NCBI GenBank assembly: GCA_964559675.1
Contig: CAZLHJ010000001.1
Coordinates: forward strand, 56,285 to 120,284
Length of the DNA: 64,000 bases
DNA from: Candidatus Woesearchaeota archaeon
Lineage (GTDB): Archaea > Nanobdellota > Nanobdellia > Pacearchaeales > GW2011-AR1
Direction: 5' to 3'
Positions 57,723 through 64,000 of the stretch are shown here, one piece after another. The translations under genes were made by a program, and so were the position numbers. A model generated the notes under the pieces. That model was not told where the DNA came from, searched no databases, and saw only the letters and a program-made list of their open reading frames with translations. The first letter of the stretch is position 1; each line of letters begins with the position of its first letter.

Positions 57723-57993
57723 GCTTAAATATATAAATCTCCTTTATCTTGTATTTCTATGCGAGATGACAATCTATATGATGCGTTTAAACCCGCAAAC
57801 CTTATTTCTAAATCTTTTAACCTCTCTGAAGATTCAGATGATTCTGATGATCCAGATTCAAACGATGATGACGATTTCCTCATAGATTAACCTCTCTTTT
57901 ATAAGCCAATAAGCAAATCTCAATATAAAAAACTATTTATATCCTTAAATCTCAAAATTATTATGAACCTTCAAGATTTAAATTCACGGAGTT

Positions 57994-58545
57994 ATGGGTG
58001 TTGCTCCATCTGAACGAATTAAATTAATTTTAGATAATTTTGAAAAACCTATAATTACCTCAAGCTTCGGATCATTTTCAGCAGTTACTCTAGATCTAGT
58101 TTATTCTTTATCAAAAGTCCCAGTTATATTTATAGACAGAGGAGATTTAACTCAAGAAACTCACGAGCATAAAGCAAAATTAATTAAAAAATTAAGTTTA
58201 AATTTACTCACGTACTCTCCTAGAGCTGAAGAATCAAAAGTTCAAGTTTTAGAGAGGGCAATTTCAGAACTCTCTCCAGATGTTTGGATCTCTGGAGTCA
58301 TGGCCCATGAAACTAGGGAAAGAGCAAATTTTAATTTCTTTATGAAAAGAGAGGATGGAGTTATAAAAGCACATCCCATTTTAGATTGGTCTCAAAGAGA
58401 AGCTTATCAATATTTAAAATCTAAATCTCTCCCATTTAATCAAAATTATAACGATCCAGATAAACCTAAAAACGGAGAATGCGGAATTCATTTATCTCAA
58501 CTAACTTCTGAACAATTAAGAAGTTTAAATTCAAGTAAATTATAA
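57994..58545 (+). CDS. phosphoadenosine-phosphosulfate (PAPS/APS) reductase family protein, CysH-like
   Basis: ITSSFGSFSAVTLDLV, PVIFIDRGDLTQET, WISGVMAHETRERANF, KAHPILDWSQREAYQYL, ECGIH all align with E. coli CysH blocks. Confidence 0.8.
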   Translation: MGVAPSERIKLILDNFEKPIITSSFGSFSAVTLDLVYSLSKVPVIFIDRGDLTQETHEHKAKLIKKLSLNLLTYSPRAEESKVQVLERAISELSPDVWISGVMAHETRERANFNFFMKREDGVIKAHPILDWSQREAYQYLKSKSLPFNQNYNDPDKPKNGECGIHLSQLTSEQLRSLNSSKL

Positions 58546-58597
58546 TCGCTTAATTTAAATAACTAAAACCCTTAAGAATTAATATCAAAAGAGGAAA

Positions 58598-60142
58598 ATG
58601 GCGAAAGATATTCATAAATTAATTGGGGCAGTATGTCCAACATATGCAAAATCTAGTTGTAAGGATAAAGTTAAGGAAATTGTATCAAAGGGACTTCCAG
58701 AAGGAGGATATCTTAATGCAGTAAGTCATGTTGAGCTAGTTGAGCCTCAATTCATGGACTTTGAGAAAGAAAAATTAAAAAATGCAATCGAAGCTGGAGG
58801 TCTAAAAAACCCTATCGAAAAACATGTTGTCGAATACGATTTATCTGGAAATCCAACAGAATTACTAGAACAATTATATTTCTGGCTATTAGATAAAATT
58901 AGGGGAGATTACGGAAAGGTAGATAAATTAATGGATAACTTTATAGCATCCCCTGGATCAGGATTATTCACAGATTTCTTATCTAAAACAACTAGGGTTC
59001 AAGAAGAAGCTTCAAGAATAATGGGAAATGTAAATACTGTAATAAGGTCTATTCTAAACTTATTATATGACTTAAAAGAATTAAAAATGGTCTTACAAGA
59101 ATATGATAATTATAAAACTAAAAAAGGGGCAGAAAAAGAAGCTTCTTTATTAACTCTTAAACAAAGATGGCTTGACCAAGTTGATATAAAGAAAGGAGGA
59201 ACTGCTCTTAAACAGTTAGTAATGACTGGTGCAAATCAACCTAACTTCGTTCTAGTTATTGATGCATTTATGCATTCAAAAACTCTAGAAGAAGCAAAAG
59301 AATTAGATGTAAATGAAAGAGTAAAAAGATTAGTCTTACAAAGACTTTCTGAATTTTTCATATGGATAGATCAATCGCACGCTGAATTAAAGAAAAGATT
59401 CGATTTAGAAAAATTATATCTCCAATCTCAAGTTAATTCTGTAAAGCTATATGCAAGATGGGCTAAACCATACTTAATTGCTGCTAAGAAATTAGAACAG
59501 AATGCAACAGACGCAGAAGACTTAGTTACTGGATTTAATACAGCGCTATTCGAATTTGTTTTATTTGGTCAAGGAGATTACAAAATTGATGGAGATATAG
59601 AAAATGGAGTTCTCCCATCATTATTTAAGAATGTTCCACTAAGAAAGTTCCACCATTGCGTTATAGTCGAATTAAAATTACGTTCAACTCCTGAAACTGT
59701 CGGACAACATCATAGATTTAGAGGAAAATTAAATGCAGTCTTCACAGGTTACGCCCTAAATGAAGATGAAGTGAAAGTATTCAAGGAGCAAGTTGCTAAG
59801 GACGATTTCGGAGATATCTTTGGGGCAATAGAAGGCGCAACAGATAATAGCATAGCACAATTACAAGCAGATCTAGATGAAGTTTTAGAAACTAAAAAAG
59901 AGAATAAAGATGAGGAAGAAGATAAAGATGTTAATCCTTTCTCTGCATTATTAGATATTTTCAGCATATTCAAATCAAAGAAAAAGGATGAAAAAAAAGA
60001 TAAGGGTGATCTTAGCAAGGGAATTCCCAAAGATAACGACTATGAAAAAGTAGTTAGGTCCTTAGCAATTATAAAAGCTAGAGAAGAATGCAACAAATTA
60101 TTTACTGAATTTAAGAAGAGAAATAGCATGCCTGCATTCTAA
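58598..60142 (+). CDS. hypothetical 514-aa helical protein with K/E/D-rich C-terminal region
   Basis: No recognisable motif. Confidence 0.5.
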   Translation: MAKDIHKLIGAVCPTYAKSSCKDKVKEIVSKGLPEGGYLNAVSHVELVEPQFMDFEKEKLKNAIEAGGLKNPIEKHVVEYDLSGNPTELLEQLYFWLLDKIRGDYGKVDKLMDNFIASPGSGLFTDFLSKTTRVQEEASRIMGNVNTVIRSILNLLYDLKELKMVLQEYDNYKTKKGAEKEASLLTLKQRWLDQVDIKKGGTALKQLVMTGANQPNFVLVIDAFMHSKTLEEAKELDVNERVKRLVLQRLSEFFIWIDQSHAELKKRFDLEKLYLQSQVNSVKLYARWAKPYLIAAKKLEQNATDAEDLVTGFNTALFEFVLFGQGDYKIDGDIENGVLPSLFKNVPLRKFHHCVIVELKLRSTPETVGQHHRFRGKLNAVFTGYALNEDEVKVFKEQVAKDDFGDIFGAIEGATDNSIAQLQADLDEVLETKKENKDEEEDKDVNPFSALLDIFSIFKSKKKDEKKDKGDLSKGIPKDNDYEKVVRSLAIIKAREECNKLFTEFKKRNSMPAF

Positions 60143-60174
60143 CTATTTATAAATCTCTTCGTCTTATATATCTT

Positions 60175-60798
60175 ATGCTCAAAAAGAAAAAATCTGAAAA
60201 ATCAAACTCAAAAAAAGTAGCTAAAACTCCAAAAATAAAAATTAATAAATCTAAAAAAGAAATAAGTATCAAGGAAATCTCTATTCCAAAAGAAATAGAT
60301 GAAAAAGAGCTAGATAGACAAATATTAGAAAAAGAAAAAGAAATATCGAGATTGGAATCTATCTCTCCAGTTCCAGAAATTCAAGAACATTCTCTTCCTC
60401 CTCCGGTAAGAGAATTCCCAAGAGCAAATCAAATTCAACAGCCTCCAAGAGTCGCAACTACACCCACTCCAGATACAGAAATAGTTTACAACGTAGAAAG
60501 AAATTATACTACTCTCAGACCAGCAAACAATCCAAATAATCAAAATGAGGTGGTCTACCAATCAAGAAATTATATCTCTCCACTAGACACTCAAAGAAGA
60601 GTAGCTCAATCGACTTTCACTCCCATTCAAGTTCCCCTTTTAGAAAGGCCTAGGAGAGATATTTTCCAAAATCCCACAATTGACGATATAAATAAATTAA
60701 ATATTCCTCAAATGAACCTCCCCACAGGAAATGATCAAGAAAGAGCCTATAAAGCTTCGGATTTCATGAATGATAATAGAAGAAGGAGAAGATGGTAA
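60175..60798 (+). CDS. hypothetical low-complexity (Lys-rich N-terminus, Pro/Gln-rich) protein
   Basis: 207-aa ORF. Confidence 0.4.
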   Translation: MLKKKKSEKSNSKKVAKTPKIKINKSKKEISIKEISIPKEIDEKELDRQILEKEKEISRLESISPVPEIQEHSLPPPVREFPRANQIQQPPRVATTPTPDTEIVYNVERNYTTLRPANNPNNQNEVVYQSRNYISPLDTQRRVAQSTFTPIQVPLLERPRRDIFQNPTIDDINKLNIPQMNLPTGNDQERAYKASDFMNDNRRRRRW

Positions 60799-60855
60799 TT
60801 ATCGAGAGATTTAAATAACTTAAATCATTATATTCATTAATTTAAAGAGGTAAAA

Positions 60856-62739
60856 ATGGCAGATTATAAACATACTTTGTATCAAGGTGGAAATTATATG
60901 CAATCTGGGATGTCTGAATACGGCCCAACTATCGCCCCGTATGTTCCTCCAACTGCAATGGCATTAACTACAAATGCTCAAATGGCTAATCAACTTAAAG
61001 CAACTTCCGATTCTATAAATACTGGAGCAAAAACAGTTGAAGTACAATTAACATTCGCTAATATTGAAAAAGCCATTCCAAATCAACACCTTGATGAAAT
61101 AAATAGATTAAGAAAACTTACAGGAGTTGATTTAACTGTTCACGGACCAATGCTTGAACCAACTGGAGTTACAGACAGGGGAGAGTGGGATCCAATGATG
61201 CGTCAACAAACAGAAGACCAAATGTGGAACGCATTAAAAAGAGCAGCAAAAGTTGATGAAAGGGGAAACGTAGTAGTTACCTTCCATTCGTCTTTCACAC
61301 TTCCAGAACCAGAAACAAAACAAAAAATCAACGGAAAGGAAGTCACAACCGGAATAGGAGTAGTACAATTCAACCCAGATAGAAATACTGCTTCGGTAGG
61401 GAACATACCAGTCCCAGGATATGATAATCTCTTGAATAAGAAACAAGCACCAGAAGATTTCTTAAAAGAAATTAATCAAAGATCTTGGAATGAAAATATT
61501 ACAAACATAAACCAAGTTCTTCTAAAAGCCCGAGAATTAATTGATCATGCAACTTCATCAAAAGGAGAATCAGAGAGCGGAACAAGAAAAGATGCCCTTT
61601 CAGAGATAGAGAAATATAAGAAATTTACTCCTGAAGAAAAAGAGGCTTTTTCAAATTTAAAATCAGAAGGTCTCGGATTACCTTACGGTCAAATCATTGA
61701 CGATAAGTTAGAATATCTTAGCAGAGGAGGAGATTACCTTAATGATGCAGTCTCTGCTTTCAAACAAGCTTTCAATACTGCATGGGCAACTGCAAATAAT
61801 TCTGAGAAAAAAGGAGATGTTCAGAAATTGGAATCTTTCAGAGAAGAATGGATAAATACAATTGAAAAGGCAAGGGATAAAGAAGGGCATTTAGAACTTT
61901 CAAAATTGGACGATGTAAAAAAAACATTATCTCACGGATTAAATATACTTAGAGATATTACTCCTGAAAGAATTGTCCCAATAAAGAAATTCGCATTAAC
62001 TCAAGCATCAGAAACCTTCTCAAATTTAGCTCTGAAGGGGTATGGACAATTTGGTGATAAAGCTCCAATTATAAGTCTAGAAAATCATCCTGCAAGTCCA
62101 ATGTCAGGATTTAATAGAGCAGACCAAATGAAAGAACTAATAGATAATACAAGAAAAGTTTTATCTAAAAAACTAGTGGAAAAAGAAGGATTATCAGAAT
62201 CTCAAGCAAAGAAAGAAGCAGAAAAATTAATAGGAGTTACATGGGACGTCGGACATATCAATTTAATTAAGAAATATGGTTATGATGATGATGATCTGAA
62301 AAAAGAATTTAAAACAATTGCACCGTACGTTAAACATCTCCACTTATCAGATAACTTTGGATTTGAACACGCTGAACTACCAATGGGCATGGGAAATGTT
62401 CCTATGGCAGATTATGAAAAAATACTTAAGAAACAATATGGGGATAAAGTTAAGGACATAAAAAGAGTTATTGAAACAGGAGATTGGTATCAACATTTTC
62501 AATCTTCCCCATTACCAGCAACTCTTGCTTCATACGGTTCTCCAATTTATTCAATGGAAATGGCCCCTGCATGGAATCAAGCACAAGCAGTTAGTGCAGG
62601 GTATATGGGCGGTTACGGAAACTTCCTTCCAGACGTACATTTCTCTCAAATTTATGGTGGAGGATTTTCATCACTTCCAGTTGAATTAGGCGGAAGTGTA
62701 TCTGGAAGAAGTAGATTTTCAGGAAATCCTAATGCATAA
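60856..62739 (+). CDS. large protein with split xylose-isomerase-like TIM-barrel (sugar-phosphate isomerase/epimerase) signature and Gly/Ser-rich tail
   Basis: GVDLTVHGP near the N-terminus; GVTWDVGHINL ... KHLHLSDNFGFEHAELPMGMGNVP near the C-terminus, with a long helical insertion between them. Confidence 0.5.
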   Translation: MADYKHTLYQGGNYMQSGMSEYGPTIAPYVPPTAMALTTNAQMANQLKATSDSINTGAKTVEVQLTFANIEKAIPNQHLDEINRLRKLTGVDLTVHGPMLEPTGVTDRGEWDPMMRQQTEDQMWNALKRAAKVDERGNVVVTFHSSFTLPEPETKQKINGKEVTTGIGVVQFNPDRNTASVGNIPVPGYDNLLNKKQAPEDFLKEINQRSWNENITNINQVLLKARELIDHATSSKGESESGTRKDALSEIEKYKKFTPEEKEAFSNLKSEGLGLPYGQIIDDKLEYLSRGGDYLNDAVSAFKQAFNTAWATANNSEKKGDVQKLESFREEWINTIEKARDKEGHLELSKLDDVKKTLSHGLNILRDITPERIVPIKKFALTQASETFSNLALKGYGQFGDKAPIISLENHPASPMSGFNRADQMKELIDNTRKVLSKKLVEKEGLSESQAKKEAEKLIGVTWDVGHINLIKKYGYDDDDLKKEFKTIAPYVKHLHLSDNFGFEHAELPMGMGNVPMADYEKILKKQYGDKVKDIKRVIETGDWYQHFQSSPLPATLASYGSPIYSMEMAPAWNQAQAVSAGYMGGYGNFLPDVHFSQIYGGGFSSLPVELGGSVSGRSRFSGNPNA

Positions 62740-62782
62740 TGTTTAAATATATATTCCAGTATATAATTCAATAGAGGTGAAA

Positions 62783-63649
62783 ATGGTAAAAGCAAAAGCA
62801 AAAAAGAAGTCAACAACTAAGAAATCATCTGTCAAAACTCTTCCTTTAGAAAGAAAAACTGATTTCAAATCTGAAAAAGAAATAGCAATGGATTTTGCAA
62901 TTAAAGCAAACGAAAAATTTGATAGGATGATTAAGGCATCCGTCTTATTCGGAAGCCAAGCAAAAAATACTGCTTCAGCAGATTCAGATATAGACATTAT
63001 CCTTATAATTGACGACGCAGCAATAAACTGGGACTTGGAATTAATTGCGTGGTATAGAGAAGAACTTGGCAAATTAATTTCTGCACAAGGTTATTCTAGA
63101 GAATTACATATTAACACAATCAAATTAACTACTTGGTGGCAAGATTTGATGTACGGAGATCCAGTTGTAATAAATATTGTAAGATATGGAGAAGTTTTAA
63201 TCGACTCAGGTGGATTCTTCAATCCAATAAAATCTCTTTTAGTGCAAGGTAAAATACATTCTACTCCTGAAGCGGTTTATGCTGCTTTGCAAAGAGCTCC
63301 TCAACATTTAGCAAGATCCAAAATGTATGAAATGTCTGCAATAGAAGGCGTTTATTGGACTTTAGTTGATTCTTCACAAGCAGCGTTAATGTCTGCAGGA
63401 AAGTTACCTCCAAGTCCGGAACATATTCCTCAAATGTTAAAAGAAACTTTTGTTGATGCTGGAGTTTTAAAAATTAATCATGTAAAAGCAATGAGGGAAT
63501 TATATATGCTTCACAAAGAAATCTCACACGGAAAAATAAGAGAAATTAAAGGCGCAGAAATTGATAGATGGCAAGCTATCGCAGAAGATTTCTTAAAAGA
63601 CATGACTACAATAATCCAACAAATTATAGATAATAAAAAGAAATTTTAG
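62783..63649 (+). CDS. minimal nucleotidyltransferase (MNT)–helical (HEPN-like) fusion protein
   Basis: RBS-like GAGGTGA 6 nt upstream of the ATG at 62783. LFGSQAKNTASADSDIDIILIIDD (GS...D.D NTase motif) plus a C-terminal all-helical domain. Confidence 0.65.
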   Translation: MVKAKAKKKSTTKKSSVKTLPLERKTDFKSEKEIAMDFAIKANEKFDRMIKASVLFGSQAKNTASADSDIDIILIIDDAAINWDLELIAWYREELGKLISAQGYSRELHINTIKLTTWWQDLMYGDPVVINIVRYGEVLIDSGGFFNPIKSLLVQGKIHSTPEAVYAALQRAPQHLARSKMYEMSAIEGVYWTLVDSSQAALMSAGKLPPSPEHIPQMLKETFVDAGVLKINHVKAMRELYMLHKEISHGKIREIKGAEIDRWQAIAEDFLKDMTTIIQQIIDNKKKF

Positions 63650-63740
63650 ATTGGAATATTATAGATGTAAATCTAATTTATAACTAAATTAAAGAATCTT
63701 ATCTAAAAAATTTAAGATAAAATAATAAAAAATAAAATTA

Positions 63741-64000
63741 ATTATTTCTTCTTTTTATCTTTCTTTTCTTCACCAGCTTTACCAAGTAATGCTATTGCCA
63801 TTCCAATTGCCCTTTCATCACCTGATTCAGCTAGTTGTCTGATTGATTCTCTTGCATATGCCGCTTTTGCTTTATCATCTCCAAATTGAGCGTCAAAATC
63901 TTTTCTATAATTCTTTGCAAGTGCTTGAGTTTCTGCTATAGCTAATTTTCTAGAGCTTAATAATAATCCTTGATTAAGGCTGGCTGCAATTTGATAGGCT
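63741..64000 (-). CDS. hypothetical protein, C-terminal fragment (gene extends beyond window end)
   Basis: Reverse-strand translation: ...AYQIAASLNQGLLLSSRKLAIAETQALAKNYRKDFDAQFGDDKAKAAYARESIRQLAESGDERAIGMAIALLGKAGEEKKDKKKK*. Confidence 0.4.

Noticed and set aside
57759-57890. 43-aa acidic ORF MRDDNLYDAFKPANLISKSFNLSEDSDDSDDPDSNDDDDFLID upstream of the ABC transporter
   Set aside because: It is too short and low-complexity to call. It might be a real acidic micro-protein, but there is no supporting evidence.
63650-63740. Inverted repeat TTATCTAAA...TTTAAGATAA between convergent genes
   Set aside because: It is most simply a bidirectional intrinsic-terminator-like hairpin in an AT-rich spacer, not a distinct feature.
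1-64000. Search for CRISPR arrays, tRNA, rRNA and IS elements
   Set aside because: I saw no spaced short repeats, no GC-rich cloverleaf-like islands in the AT-rich spacers, and no transposase or integrase ORFs. I could not run tRNAscan or Infernal, so small ncRNAs cannot be excluded.

Overview
This window is a strongly AT-rich, gene-dense stretch of an archaeal chromosome. About 90 genes are packed with very short intergenic spacers, and many stop and start codons overlap in the ATGA arrangement, which is typical of small DPANN-like archaeal genomes. The archaeal assignment rests on three observations: a threonyl-tRNA synthetase with the archaeal N-terminal editing domain, an archaeal/eukaryotic-type tryptophanyl-tRNA synthetase and GluRS, and a class-III-signal pilin. 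A tandem Lrp regulator, a CDC48–Hsp20 operon with a divergent Phr-like wHTH regulator, and leaderless-looking gene starts are consistent with this.

I found no rRNA, tRNA or CRISPR array.

Housekeeping genes I can recognise: DEAD-box RNA helicase with an RGG tail, CDC48/VCP AAA+ ATPase, Hsp20, pyruvate kinase, HtpX, inorganic pyrophosphatase, a P-type cation ATPase, an ABC exporter, TrpRS, ThrRS, GluRS, a minimal Ogt, two NUDIX hydrolases, NMNAT, an ADP-ribosylglycohydrolase, a CysH-like PAPS reductase, LemA, DoxX, YjbQ, a CYTH protein and GNAT acetyltransferases.

The most unusual region is 157–5678. It is a tightly overlapping cluster of small Cys- and Met-rich membrane proteins, a DUF411/CopG copper-binding protein, a cupredoxin-like protein, a DUF302 gene and a membrane-anchored wHTH regulator. 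Two paralogues in it end in the same C-terminal motif, GGMVGGC. A conserved palindrome, TGAAACTAGTTTCA, sits in both promoter regions. I read this as a copper/thiol-redox island that has not been fully described.

Other candidates for novel biology:
- an RHH + 348-aa + 149-aa operon (53245–54878);
- a PAPS-reductase-linked trio of large unknown proteins (57994–62739);
- a receptor-like protein with a degenerate nucleotidyl-cyclase homology domain (38129–40081);
- a Tat-secreted M15 peptidase together with an NlpC/P60-like hydrolase in an archaeon (43145–45197);
- an ADP-ribose/NAD gene block (9504–13783) in which two genes carry the same start-adjacent palindrome.

Three genes are interrupted by single-base frameshifts at T/A homopolymers: a C39-like peptidase, the Mpg DNA glycosylase and a small membrane protein. 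These could be real pseudogenes or homopolymer sequencing errors. Two intragenic near-perfect DNA repeats also stand out, one in CDC48 and one in the helicase RGG tail.
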